The notes under the pieces are model-generated. The model saw nothing but the letters and a program-made list of their open reading frames with translations. It was not told the DNA's origin and ran no database searches. 64,000 bases of DNA from a bacterium (GTDB lineage: Bacteria > Patescibacteriota > Minisyncoccia > Moranbacterales > UBA2206). The position numbers were made by a program, and so were the translations under genes. This document shows, in pieces, positions 44,825 to 54,942 of the stretch (the stretch's first letter is position 1; every line of letters starts with the position of its first letter). The DNA lies in NCBI GenBank assembly GCA_029567195.1, contig JAKQLJ010000023.1, forward strand, positions 4,626 to 68,625, in the 5' to 3' direction.

Positions 44825-47437
44825 TTAGTATGTAAAATTGATTTTTCCTTTTTCTATGTCAACTGTTATCCTGCTTCCCTTTTTTATTTTACCTTCAATT
44901 ATCCCTGATGCCAATTCGTCCATAATTTCACTTTGAATCACTCTTTTGAGAGGTCTGGCGCCGTAAGCGGGGTCGTAACCTTTTTCTGCCAGATATTCTT
45001 TGGCCTGCTTGGTAAGTTTTAGCTTTATCTCCTTTTCGTTAAGCCGTTTTTGAATTTCATCAATTTGCAATTCTATGATATCTTTTATCATTTTCCTGTT
45101 CATAGGGTGGAAGATGATTATTTCATCCAGACGGTTCAGAAATTCCGGCTTAAAACTTTCTCTTAGCGATGCCAGGACTTTGTTTTTCATTTCTTCTTCT
45201 TCCATCGGTCCTTTTTCCTCTGACTCTCGAAATCCCAGTCCGCTTCGATATATTATATCAGAACCGACATTGGAAGTCATAATGATGACCGTATTTTTAA
45301 AGTTTACCTTTCTTCCCTTGCCGTCGGTTAAATGCCCTTCATCGAGAATTTGGAGCATAATGTTAAAAACTTGAGGATGGGCTTTTTCAATTTCATCAAA
45401 AAGAATGACGCTATATGGTCTTCTTCGGATTATTTCCGTCATTTGTCCTCCTTCTTCATAACCCACATAACCGGGAGGAGATCCAATCATTTTGGAAACG
45501 CTATGTGATTCCATATATTCGCTCATATCCATTCTAACTAAGGCCGCTTCGTCATTAAAAAGAAATTCGGCCAGTGTTTTTGCCAGTTCGGTCTTACCCA
45601 CTCCGGTCGGTCCCAAAAATATAAACGAACCGATGGGTCGATTTTTCGGAGAAATTCCAGCTCTTGATCTTCTAATAGCCTTGGCAATGGCATTGATTGC
45701 TTCTTCTTGGCCGACCACTCTTTTTTTGAGGTCTTCTTCCATTTGGGCCAGTTTTTTGGTTTCATCCTGGAGCATTTTGAAAATCGGAATGCCGGTCCAG
45801 CGAGAAACGACCTTGGCGATATCTTCTTCGGTTACCTCCTCTTTCAGGATGGGATTTTTGCTCTGGATGTTGTCCAATTTTTTCTTTTCTGCCCGAATTT
45901 TCTTTTCCAGCTCTGGTATTTTTCCGTATCTGATTTCCGCCACCTTATCAAGCTCCATTTTCCTTTCGGCAATTTCCGCCGCCGATTTTAATTTTTCCGC
46001 TTCAGCAGAATATTTTCTGATATTGGTGATCAAATCTTTTTCTGTTTTCCATTGCAAAATAAGTTTTTTTGATTCTTCTTTTATTTCAGAAAGTTCCTTG
46101 TTCAATTCCCTTATCCTTTTTTTTGCGTTGGCGTCGTTTTCTTTTTCCAGGGCTTTCTTTTCAATTTCCATTCTTCTCATTTTTCTTTCCACTGTGTCAA
46201 TTTCCGCCGGCATGGAATCAATCTCCATTCTCAGTGCCGAAGTGGCCTCGTCAATTAAATCCACCGCCTTATCTGGCAGGAAACGATCGGTTATATAGCG
46301 GTCAGAAAGTTTTACCGCTTCCTGAATGGCTCCGTCGGTGATTTTTACCCCATGATGCACTTCGTATTTCTCTTTTAAGCCTCGGAGGATGGCCACAGTG
46401 TCTTCATTGGAAGGTTCCCCTACCAAAATAGGCTGGAAGCGGCGTTCCAAAGCCGCATCTTTTTCGATATATTTTTGATATTCTCTGGTGGTAGTGGCGC
46501 CAATCATATGAATTCTTCCTCGCGCCAGAGCCGGCTTAAGCATATTGGAAGCATCCAGTGCTCCTTCAATTGCTCCGGCACCCACCAATGTGTGCAGTTC
46601 GTCTATAAAAAGAATATATTTTCCCGCTCCCTTGTCTATTTCACGGATAATGGCTTTCATTCGTTCTTCAAATTCTCCCCTGAATTTTGTTCCGGCCAAA
46701 AGCGATCCCAAATCCAAGGAAAGAAGAATTTTGTCTTTTATCGTTTCTGGCACATCTCCATCGGCAATTCTTTGGGAAAGTCCCTCTACGATGGCCGTTT
46801 TTCCCGTTCCCGCCTCTCCGATAAGCACCGGATTATTTTTAGTCCTTCTGGAAAGCACTTGCATTACCCTTCGTATTTCGTTATCCCGACCGATAACCGG
46901 ATCTAATTTTTTTTCTCTGGCCAATTGTGTCAGATTAATGGTGTATTTTTCCAACACTTGGAATTTTCCCTCCGGATCGGGACTATCTACTTTTTGGCTG
47001 CCTCTTACTTCAGACATAGTTTTTAGAACTTTGTCATAGTTTAAATTATGATCTTCCAGAAATTTTTTTGCTCTGGTGCTGGAAGAAAGGAGGGAAAGAA
47101 GAAGATGCTCGGTGGAAATAAATTCATCTCCTATTTTTTTCGCTTCTTGTTCGGCGTTATTTAAAATAATGATAAGCTCCGGAGTGATAAAAATCTGTCC
47201 CATCGAAATAGAAAGATTTTTGGGATATTTTTCTATTTCTTTCAGAGAGCTGTCTTTTAAAAGTGAAATATTTACCTCCAACTTCCTTAGAATCACGGGA
47301 ACAATGGAATTTTCCTGGGAAATTAAAGAAAAAACAAGATGAAAAACATCCACCTGCTGCTGGTTTTTGGTTATAGCCAATTCCTGCGCTTGGCGAAGAG
47401 CTTCCTGCGATTTGGTGGTGAGTTTATTTAAATCCAT
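44825..47437 (-). CDS. clpB: ATP-dependent chaperone ClpB
   Basis: Two AAA modules ([17 protein letters not shown]), LDPVIGRD, long M-domain coiled coil, GARPLKR. Confidence 0.96.
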   Translation of the reverse strand: MDLNKLTTKSQEALRQAQELAITKNQQQVDVFHLVFSLISQENSIVPVILRKLEVNISLLKDSSLKEIEKYPKNLSISMGQIFITPELIIILNNAEQEAKKIGDEFISTEHLLLSLLSSSTRAKKFLEDHNLNYDKVLKTMSEVRGSQKVDSPDPEGKFQVLEKYTINLTQLAREKKLDPVIGRDNEIRRVMQVLSRRTKNNPVLIGEAGTGKTAIVEGLSQRIADGDVPETIKDKILLSLDLGSLLAGTKFRGEFEERMKAIIREIDKGAGKYILFIDELHTLVGAGAIEGALDASNMLKPALARGRIHMIGATTTREYQKYIEKDAALERRFQPILVGEPSNEDTVAILRGLKEKYEVHHGVKITDGAIQEAVKLSDRYITDRFLPDKAVDLIDEATSALRMEIDSMPAEIDTVERKMRRMEIEKKALEKENDANAKKRIRELNKELSEIKEESKKLILQWKTEKDLITNIRKYSAEAEKLKSAAEIAERKMELDKVAEIRYGKIPELEKKIRAEKKKLDNIQSKNPILKEEVTEEDIAKVVSRWTGIPIFKMLQDETKKLAQMEEDLKKRVVGQEEAINAIAKAIRRSRAGISPKNRPIGSFIFLGPTGVGKTELAKTLAEFLFNDEAALVRMDMSEYMESHSVSKMIGSPPGYVGYEEGGQMTEIIRRRPYSVILFDEIEKAHPQVFNIMLQILDEGHLTDGKGRKVNFKNTVIIMTSNVGSDIIYRSGLGFRESEEKGPMEEEEMKNKVLASLRESFKPEFLNRLDEIIIFHPMNRKMIKDIIELQIDEIQKRLNEKEIKLKLTKQAKEYLAEKGYDPAYGARPLKRVIQSEIMDELASGIIEGKIKKGSRITVDIEKGKINFTY

Positions 47438-47444
47438 AAATTTG

Positions 47445-48689
47445 TTATTTTCTTTCCTCTAATTTTAATTTGACCTCCTTTGTTTCTCCTTTATGCCAAA
47501 TTTTCAACGCCAGCTCGTCTCCGACATTATGCTGAGCGATTAAATTAGCCAGCCCGTTTTTATCGTCTATTTTAGTACCGTTAATTTCCAATATAATATC
47601 ATTTTCCACTATTCCCGCCTTGTCTGCCGGAGAACCCGGAATAACGGCAAGATCAGTTAATGTTTCTCCTCTGATTACCAATGCGCCATAATTAAAAGGA
47701 AGATTATTTTCCTTGGCAATGGCAGAATTTACGGCTAAATAGCGAACCCCGATAAAAGGAGTGGAGATTTTTCCGGTAGTTCCTACCTGTTCTACCACTT
47801 TTTTAATTTGCACGGAAGGAATGGCAAATCCGATGCTCTGAGCGCCTTGAGCCATAGCCACATTGACGCCAATTACTTCCCCGCTGATATTCAGAAGCGG
47901 CCCGCCGGAATTGCCAGGATTGATGGCGGCATCAGTTTGAATTGTATTGGTTAATTGCTCCGTGTCTCCGAAACCGCTTCCGGCTGTTACATTTCTTCTC
48001 AATCCGGAAATTATTCCTCGGCTGACAGTATTGGAAAATTCACCCAAAGAGTTGCCAATCGCTATAACCGTTTGCCCGATTTTCAAATCATTGGAATTGC
48101 CAAAATCAAGAGTGGGAAAGCCACTGCCCTCGATTTTTATGATAGCGATGTCATTGGTCGGATCCTGGGCTAAGATTTTAGCCGGATGCTCTTGTCCATC
48201 GTTGGTAATGACGGTATATTCCGCACCGCTGTCGGAAACTACGTGTTTATTGGTAACTATCATTCCGTCATTGGAAACGATAAATCCTGAACCGCCGCCG
48301 ATTTGCTGTTTTTGGGTTTCATTGCTGTCTTCTCCAAAATTTCCGAAGAAATCAGGAAAACCGAAAGGATCAGAAAAGAAGCTTCTCATTTTGGGAACAT
48401 CCTTGGTGATAATAATGCTGACTACCGCCGGAGTGGTTTTTTCTACCACGCTTATAACCGCCGAATCCTCCTGAATGATATTTTGCTTGATAATTTCCGT
48501 TTTGGATTTATTTAAAAATCCTAAATATTTATTGTCGGTGATTTTTTGTCCGACACTGCCTGCCATAAAACCAAAAATGGCTCCGAAAGCGGAAGAAAGC
48601 AAAATGGTAATAATTAAAACCGATATAGGAATCCTCCAATTTTTTGGCCTATCGGAAAAGTTGTTTTTTTTATCATCAATATTTTCCAT
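47445..48689 (-). CDS. htrA: HtrA/DegP serine protease with PDZ domain
   Basis: [27 protein letters not shown]. Confidence 0.93.
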   Translation of the reverse strand: MENIDDKKNNFSDRPKNWRIPISVLIITILLSSAFGAIFGFMAGSVGQKITDNKYLGFLNKSKTEIIKQNIIQEDSAVISVVEKTTPAVVSIIITKDVPKMRSFFSDPFGFPDFFGNFGEDSNETQKQQIGGGSGFIVSNDGMIVTNKHVVSDSGAEYTVITNDGQEHPAKILAQDPTNDIAIIKIEGSGFPTLDFGNSNDLKIGQTVIAIGNSLGEFSNTVSRGIISGLRRNVTAGSGFGDTEQLTNTIQTDAAINPGNSGGPLLNISGEVIGVNVAMAQGAQSIGFAIPSVQIKKVVEQVGTTGKISTPFIGVRYLAVNSAIAKENNLPFNYGALVIRGETLTDLAVIPGSPADKAGIVENDIILEINGTKIDDKNGLANLIAQHNVGDELALKIWHKGETKEVKLKLEERK

Positions 48690-48730
48690 AGCTTTTTATT
48701 TTAATAAATAATTAACCTTTCATCCAACAA

Positions 48731-48761
48731 CCATCCGCGTTTTTTTAAAAAACGCGGATGG
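48731..48761. terminator. Hairpin after ferredoxin
   Basis: CCATCCGCGTTTTTT/AAAAAACGCGGATGG. Confidence 0.6.
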
Positions 48762-48817
48762 GTATCTTTTGAAAAAAACTATGTAAATAATTTTAAGATA
48801 TACTGCTAAAAATCTGG

Positions 48818-48997
48818 TTATTCTACTGTAATAGCGTTTACCGGACAACTTCCAGCCACTTCTTGGCAATTACACTCGCCGCATTCCTCGGCAATTACCT
48901 TGGATTTTCCATCTTCGACTTTGAAGACAGTCGGACAAAGCGATTCACAAGTTCCGCATCCGATGCAAAGCTCTTCGTTTACTTTTGCTTTGGGCAT
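48818..48997 (-). CDS. Ferredoxin, 59 aa, below the ORF-track cutoff
   Basis: MPKAKVNEELCIGCGTCESLCPTVFKVEDGKSKVIAEECGECNCQEVAGSCPVNAITVE. Confidence 0.92.
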   Translation of the reverse strand: MPKAKVNEELCIGCGTCESLCPTVFKVEDGKSKVIAEECGECNCQEVAGSCPVNAITVE

Positions 48998-49067
48998 ATT
49001 TTTGTTCGCCTTATTCGCCTGTTTTAAAAATCCAGCCGAATATGCGAAAATTAATTAAATTAATTTT

Positions 49068-50144
49068 TTAAAATAACACTGAAATATCGCCGGGGTAATT
49101 TTTTTCCAAATTTTCTTCAAATTTTATTAAATTTTCATCTCGGAATTTCACCCAGCCGTTTTCTTTGTCCCAGATATATTTTCTAATCGGTATAAAAACA
49201 GACGCTTTCTTTTCTTGTTCTTCCAGCCATTGGGAAAAATTGGCTGTTCTTATGAAAATTTGTTTTATATGAACCTTCTCCTGTTCTTCTTCCGTTTTTT
49301 TGTCTTCCACTTTTATTATATGGTAGCCCAAAGAGCTTTCAATCACTTCGCTTAATTCGCCTTTTTTTAAGCCAAAAGCAACATAAGAAATTTCCGGTAG
49401 CATTTCTTCCTCGCTAAACCAGCCTAAATCTCCCCTGTTTTTGGCGCTATCTCCGTCAGAATATTTTCCTACCACGCTTTCAAAATCGCTGCCCTTTTTA
49501 AGTTCGACTAAAGCTTCTTCTATTTTTTTTCTGCCCTCTTCAAAGCTTTTATCATTCTTACGCATATCTTCATATAATTTTTCCTTGTTCATGTCAGGCT
49601 TGACGATGTTTTTCTCAAAATCAGCCAGACTCCAGCCGTAAAGCTTTCCCAATTCGCTTATTATTTCTTCCCGATTTCCGTATTGTTCTATTTTTTTATC
49701 AACTTCCTGGGAAACCGATTCGGCAGTAAGATTGATTCCTCTCTTTTCCGCTTCTTTTTCTATGACGGCATTTTCTATCATTTTATTGAGAATATTTTTT
49801 TCCTTGATCTTTAACCTGTTTTTTCCGTCGGGAGTGGAAAAATCAACTCGAAAACCAAGATCGGAAAAGTCCTGATTTTCATAAAATTTTCTGGAAGCCT
49901 CTAAATTTTCCCATAAATCGCTTACTTTTATAATTTTACCATTCGCTACAGCCGCTGGATAAGGAATGATTTGAGTCGTCTTTTTCACTATGGCGGTATT
50001 AATTCCCAAAAAATAGATTAATATGGCAATTACAACCAAATAAAAAATAATGGCAATCAAAATGGCATAAACCATTGTTGGAACTTTTACTTTAGCCACT
50101 TCTTTCTTTTCTTTGGTTGTTTTTTTCTTTTCTTTTTTATCCAT
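49068..50144 (-). CDS. PrsA/SurA-type parvulin peptidyl-prolyl isomerase
   Basis: TM, PAAVANG, KYSDGDSAKNRGDLGWF, SSLGYHIIKV. Confidence 0.88.
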   Translation of the reverse strand: MDKKEKKKTTKEKKEVAKVKVPTMVYAILIAIIFYLVVIAILIYFLGINTAIVKKTTQIIPYPAAVANGKIIKVSDLWENLEASRKFYENQDFSDLGFRVDFSTPDGKNRLKIKEKNILNKMIENAVIEKEAEKRGINLTAESVSQEVDKKIEQYGNREEIISELGKLYGWSLADFEKNIVKPDMNKEKLYEDMRKNDKSFEEGRKKIEEALVELKKGSDFESVVGKYSDGDSAKNRGDLGWFSEEEMLPEISYVAFGLKKGELSEVIESSLGYHIIKVEDKKTEEEQEKVHIKQIFIRTANFSQWLEEQEKKASVFIPIRKYIWDKENGWVKFRDENLIKFEENLEKNYPGDISVLF

Positions 50145-50167
50145 CGCAATAAAAATTTATTTTATTA

Positions 50168-50572
50168 TTAGTGTTTGAAAAAATAATCCCACCATTTTTG
50201 AACATTGGAAATCTTTACTATCAGTTTTTTGTCCTGGGTTTTGTTTTCCGGTTCTGCTTCCGGATAAGAGATGGCATTGGGCTTTACTACCACTAAATTT
50301 TCCTTCGGATCCTGAAGGTTAAGTTTGTCTTTGGCTTCTTTTTCTTGATAATCCTTGCTTTCCAGGTAGGAAATCTTGTCTGCTAATTCAAGATTTTCTT
50401 TTTCTATGCTTTTAGCCTCTTCTTTGAGTTTGTTAATTTCTGCCTCTACCTGTTTTTTCTTGTAAGTTTCTCGGGAAACGGCAAAAACAATCAAACCGAA
50501 AAGAACTAACCCCAAAATCACGATAGATCTAAGAAGCCAGGAGTTGTTTTTCTCTTCACCTTTTATTGGCAT
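50168..50572 (-). CDS. Septum formation initiator FtsB/DivIC family
   Basis: TM plus coiled coil plus YQEKEAKDKLNLQDPKE. Confidence 0.8.
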   Translation of the reverse strand: MPIKGEEKNNSWLLRSIVILGLVLFGLIVFAVSRETYKKKQVEAEINKLKEEAKSIEKENLELADKISYLESKDYQEKEAKDKLNLQDPKENLVVVKPNAISYPEAEPENKTQDKKLIVKISNVQKWWDYFFKH

Positions 50573-50613
50573 AAAAAAGTCAAGATCCTAAGATCCAAAT
50601 AAAGATAAAATTA

Positions 50614-50724
50614 TCAGAGGGTAAAAAGCGGAGCTATCGTAAAAGCCACCATTCCGATAACGGCTAAAATAGATATTATGATCCAAACTTTTCTCATTTT
50701 TTTGTTTCTTTGAACGTATCCCAT
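50614..50724 (-). CDS. Small membrane protein, 36 aa (MGYVQRNKKMRKVWIIISILAVIGMVAFTIAPLFTL)
   Basis: Manually translated; basic N-terminus plus TM; collinear between lepA and the ftsB-like gene. Confidence 0.6.
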   Translation of the reverse strand: MGYVQRNKKMRKVWIIISILAVIGMVAFTIAPLFTL

Positions 50725-50768
50725 AATATTATTTTAACAGAATTTCAATAAAAGCAAAAGAAGGTTGA

Positions 50769-52589
50769 TTATTTTTTAAGGACGGCTAAAAAAGTCTCTG
50801 AAGGTATGGCCACTCTGCCTACATTTTTCATTTTTTTCTTTCCTTTTTTCTGCTTTTCCAACAGTTTTCTTTTTCTGGTCACATCTCCCCCATAAAGCTT
50901 GGCAGTAACGTCTTTTCTAAAAGCGTTGATGGTTTCCCGGGCTATTATTTTTCCGCCGATAGCCGCTTGAAGGGCAATTTGAAAATTTTGGCGTGGAATA
51001 GAATTTTTTAATTTTTCCACCACTCTTTTTCCTTCAGAAAAAGCATTTTCCCTCGGAATAATTCGGGAAAAAGCGTCCACTTTTTCTTCCGCCACTAAAA
51101 TATCCAGCTTTACCAGATCATAAGGACGATAAGAAGATATTTCATAATTCATAGAAGCATAGCCGGAAGAAGCGCTTTTTAAATCATCATGAAGATTAGT
51201 AATGACATCCGTCAAAGGACAATTAAATTTAATGATCATTCTTTCCGTATCTATATATTCCGTATCCAGATATTGGGCTCTGGTGTTATTCATCACTTCC
51301 ATAATAGCGCCCAGATATTGAGAAGGAGAAATGATGTCCAATTTCACAAAAGGTTCGGAAATTTCTTCGATAACTGACGGGTCAGGCAGTTCAGAAGGGG
51401 AATAAATCTGGATTGAGTTGCCGGTTTTCATTTTTACCTCGTAAACTACGCTAGGCGTAGTGATTGTCGGGCTGATTTCAAATTCCCGCTCCAGCCTCGA
51501 TTGGATTATTTCCAGATGAAGAAGTCCCAAAAATCCACAGCGAAATCCCCGCCCGAGAGCTGAATTTGATTCCGGTTCAAAAGTAAAAGCGGCATCATTA
51601 AGTTTTAGTTTTTCCAAAGCATCCCGCATAAAGTTATAGTCATCGCCTTCAATTGGATAAAATGAAGCGTAAACCATTGGCCGCACTTCTTTGTAGCCTG
51701 ATAGCGGTTGAATATTGTCTTCTGTTTTTGATATTTGATTTTTGATTTTTGAAATTGTTATGGTGTCCCCTACCCGGCAATATTCAACGCTCTTGAGCCC
51801 GGTAGCGATATATCCAATCTCTCCCATCTGAAGTTTTTTGGTTTTCTGAAGATCAGGCTTGAAATAACCGACTTCTATCACGTCGCTTTTCATTTTTGTG
51901 GCCATCATGGTAATTTTTTCTTCTGCTCCTATTTCTCCATCAATAATCCGAACATAGGCCAAAACTCCTTTATAAGTGTCGTATTTTGAATCAAAAACCA
52001 AAGCTCGAAGCGGCTTTTCTTTTTTTCCTTTGGGCGATGGGATTTTTTCCACAATACGCTCCAAAAGCTTTTCCACGCCTAACCCGGTTTTTCCGGAAAC
52101 TTCCAAAATTTCCTCTTCCTGACAACCTAGAATATGGATTATTTCGTTTTTAGTTTTTTCTATATTGGCATTGGGAAGATCAATTTTATTAACTACTGGA
52201 ATAATTTCCAGATTATTTTCAATGGCTTGATACAGATTGGCCAATGTCTGAGCTTGCACGCCTTTGGTGGCATCAACTAAAAGCACTGCTCCCTCCACAG
52301 CCGCCAGTGACCTGGAAACTTCATAACCAAAATCCACATGTCCCGGAGTATCAATAAGATTCAGAATAAATTCTGAATCTGAATTCGAGATTCTTGACCG
52401 ATAGACCATCCGGACTGGCTGCATTTTTATGGTTATCCCTCTTTCTCTTTCCAGATCCATAGTATCCAAAAGTTGTTCTTTCATCTTGCGTTTTTCTATC
52501 GTTCCGGTAAATTCCAAAAGCCGGTCGGACAAAGTCGATTTTCCGTGGTCAATATGGGCGATTATGCAAAAATTTCTGATGTTATTCAT
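50769..52589 (-). CDS. lepA: Translation elongation factor 4
   Basis: IAHIDHGKSTL, ERERGITIK, DTPGHVDF, GFRCGFLGLLH, LYGGDVTRKRKLLEKQK. Confidence 0.98.
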   Translation of the reverse strand: MNNIRNFCIIAHIDHGKSTLSDRLLEFTGTIEKRKMKEQLLDTMDLERERGITIKMQPVRMVYRSRISNSDSEFILNLIDTPGHVDFGYEVSRSLAAVEGAVLLVDATKGVQAQTLANLYQAIENNLEIIPVVNKIDLPNANIEKTKNEIIHILGCQEEEILEVSGKTGLGVEKLLERIVEKIPSPKGKKEKPLRALVFDSKYDTYKGVLAYVRIIDGEIGAEEKITMMATKMKSDVIEVGYFKPDLQKTKKLQMGEIGYIATGLKSVEYCRVGDTITISKIKNQISKTEDNIQPLSGYKEVRPMVYASFYPIEGDDYNFMRDALEKLKLNDAAFTFEPESNSALGRGFRCGFLGLLHLEIIQSRLEREFEISPTITTPSVVYEVKMKTGNSIQIYSPSELPDPSVIEEISEPFVKLDIISPSQYLGAIMEVMNNTRAQYLDTEYIDTERMIIKFNCPLTDVITNLHDDLKSASSGYASMNYEISSYRPYDLVKLDILVAEEKVDAFSRIIPRENAFSEGKRVVEKLKNSIPRQNFQIALQAAIGGKIIARETINAFRKDVTAKLYGGDVTRKRKLLEKQKKGKKKMKNVGRVAIPSETFLAVLKK

Positions 52590-52718
52590 AAGTCTTATTA
52601 TACTATTTTGGCTTTAAATTAGCTAATTGTCAATAAAAAAAAGCCCAATAGCCATAATTGGCCGTTCGGGCTCCGCTCTATTTTTCAAAAGAAATAATTT
52701 TTTGTTATTTTTTCGGAG

Positions 52719-52754
52719 AAAAAATAGCCATTTGATAGCAAAATCAAATGGCTA
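52719..52754 (-). terminator. Intrinsic terminator; a second hairpin follows at ~52634-52672
   Basis: TAGCCATTTGAT/ATCAAATGGCTA with U-tract on the minus strand. Confidence 0.7.
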
Positions 52755-52777
52755 GTGAGTTACGTTGTTTATGATAG

Positions 52778-53095
52778 TTAATCTGTCCTGATGGTAGCGC
52801 TTTTAAATGGCCACCCAACGCACACGATTACGTCAGTTTCCCTTTTCGCAGGGTTTGTTGCTTTTGCTTTGAACATAGCATTGTCACTGCCGCTACAACC
52901 ACGAAAATAGACAAAAAGCCATTCTTTTTCAAGAATCTGAACGTTCTCGTAACCCTGCTTCTCAAGTGCTCTTATGGCAATGTCAGGTTTTACAAAAATC
53001 CCGAAAAAAAATGAACAGAGTGTGAAGATCATTAACAGGACCGAAAGTAAAATCATTAACACCCCCACCCATTGACCTTTCTCATTTCGTGACAT
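52778..53095 (-). CDS. Small membrane-anchored protein resembling a phage-associated family
   Basis: GAGGAGGTG SD; AIRALEKQGYENVQI...GCSGSD...ATNP...VCVGWPFKSATIR. Confidence 0.7.
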   Translation of the reverse strand: MSRNEKGQWVGVLMILLSVLLMIFTLCSFFFGIFVKPDIAIRALEKQGYENVQILEKEWLFVYFRGCSGSDNAMFKAKATNPAKRETDVIVCVGWPFKSATIRTD

Positions 53096-53182
53096 TTTAT
53101 CACCTCCTCTTCAAAAATTCCTAGAAATAACCTTGAAACCCCTCCTGTTTGAGAAGTTTCGTTCTTTGATAAGTGACCTTAC

Positions 53183-53210
53183 ATTATAAACCATCAAACC
53201 AAAATGTCAA
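53183..53210 (-). promoter_or_regulatory. Sigma70 promoter for the 53095 gene
   Basis: TTGACA-16-TATAAT on the minus strand. Confidence 0.7.
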
Positions 53211-53280
53211 GGAGTGGATTTAAAAAAATTAAAAAGAAAAAAACAGCTTGTTATTCTTCTGGGAAAGAATTCCATATTCT

Positions 53281-54927
53281 TTATATTCCGCTCACCTCGC
53301 TTGTATCTTCTATGATATCCTTTTTGGCCCTAAAAATTCTTCTGGATATGGAATGTTTGAAATCCAAAAATTCCTGTGATTTCAGAGCGTAACAGGTGCC
53401 AATAAAGATAATTCCGCCTAAAAGAGCGGCAAAAGACAATTGGGAAAAGACGCCTAAAAATGTATCCATATCAACAAAGTCGGAAGCCAGATGCTTTCCA
53501 AGCTGAATTCCTATTCCACCCAAAAAAGAAGCCAAGGCGATGACGGAAACGGAACGGAAAATTTTTCGATCGTCAAGATTTTCAAATTTTGTTCTAAGAA
53601 TGAAAAGCAATAAAATCATTTGCACGACGCTAGAGAGAGAAAAAGCAATGGCCAGTGACAAAATTTGCACTTTTCCAATCAGGAGAATTACAGTAATAAT
53701 GTTCAAAAATTCGGAAAAAATAGCCACGTAAAAAGGGGTTTTAGTGTCATGCATGGCATAGAACGACCGCGCCAAAAGCGGAATAAGGCTTTGGGCAAAA
53801 AGGCTAGCGGCCAAAATTCCCAGACATTGAAAAGTCAAAGTGGTATCTTCCCAATCGAATTTTCCCGCTCCTAAGATTACCCGGACAAGTTGCGCCCGAA
53901 GAAGAATGATAAAAACGCTTAAAGGTATGACGAAAAACAAAATTTGCCTGAATACTTGGGAAAAAGAATTCACAAAATTGTCGTTGTCTTTTTTGGCAAA
54001 AAATGAAGAAAGCGTGGGAAAAACGGCAATAGAGAAAGAGATGCCAAAAATTCCCAGCGGCACACTCTGAAGATTTTGGGCAAAATTAAAAATAGCCAGA
54101 GATCCGGAAGCTAACATGGAAGCAAAAATGGTTATTACTAAAAGATTGATCTGATTTATGGCGATGCCCAAGGTTCTCGGCACCATTAATTTCAAAACTC
54201 GCCGGATATTTTTATCTTTAAAACATTTTATGCTCTGCCAACTATGGCGATATCCCAAATCTCTTGCTGCCGGATATTGGATTACCATATGGAGAAAAGC
54301 TCCCAATACCACTCCCCATGCCAATCCTATCGGTCCCCAGAATTTAACAAAAACCAAAACACCGATAATAATTCCGATGTTATAAAAAATTGGCGCTAAG
54401 GAATAAATAAAAAATCTTTTAAAAGAAGTGAGAATGCCTCCAAAAATACCGCTGATGCCCAAAAATAGCGGACTTAAAAACATAATTCGGGTAAAGGCCA
54501 CTACTTTTTCCAGCTTTTCCGGAGAAAATCCTGGAGTAATAATCCTCATTAAAAACGGAGCAAAAATACAAAATATCAAAGAAAAAGCAATGATAGAAAA
54601 AATGGCCAAATTCATCAGACCATTAGCCAATTTCCAAGCATCTTTGTTTTCATTTTTGGAAATAAGACCGGTAAAGACAGGGATAAAAGCGGCTGATAAG
54701 GCTCCTAAAATCAATAGGTTATAAATCAGATCCGGAATACGAAAAGCGGCATAATAAACATCCAGAGTGTCGCCGGCTCCAAAAGAAGAAGCCAAAAAAC
54801 GATCTCTTAGGAGTCCCAGCATCCGGCTGGCCAGACCGGCCACGGTAATCAAAAATGCGGCACTGGCAACTGTTCGGGAAGGATTGGAATTAGTCAGCAA
54901 TTTGTGATTGAATATTTTTTTTATCAT
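53281..54927 (-). CDS. murJ: Lipid II flippase MurJ
   Basis: SRMLGLLRDR, AAFRIPDL, GALSAAFIPVF, RSFYAMHDTKTP. Confidence 0.95.
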   Translation of the reverse strand: MIKKIFNHKLLTNSNPSRTVASAAFLITVAGLASRMLGLLRDRFLASSFGAGDTLDVYYAAFRIPDLIYNLLILGALSAAFIPVFTGLISKNENKDAWKLANGLMNLAIFSIIAFSLIFCIFAPFLMRIITPGFSPEKLEKVVAFTRIMFLSPLFLGISGIFGGILTSFKRFFIYSLAPIFYNIGIIIGVLVFVKFWGPIGLAWGVVLGAFLHMVIQYPAARDLGYRHSWQSIKCFKDKNIRRVLKLMVPRTLGIAINQINLLVITIFASMLASGSLAIFNFAQNLQSVPLGIFGISFSIAVFPTLSSFFAKKDNDNFVNSFSQVFRQILFFVIPLSVFIILLRAQLVRVILGAGKFDWEDTTLTFQCLGILAASLFAQSLIPLLARSFYAMHDTKTPFYVAIFSEFLNIITVILLIGKVQILSLAIAFSLSSVVQMILLLFILRTKFENLDDRKIFRSVSVIALASFLGGIGIQLGKHLASDFVDMDTFLGVFSQLSFAALLGGIIFIGTCYALKSQEFLDFKHSISRRIFRAKKDIIEDTSEVSGI

Positions 54928-54942
54928 ACACGCAAAAAATTA

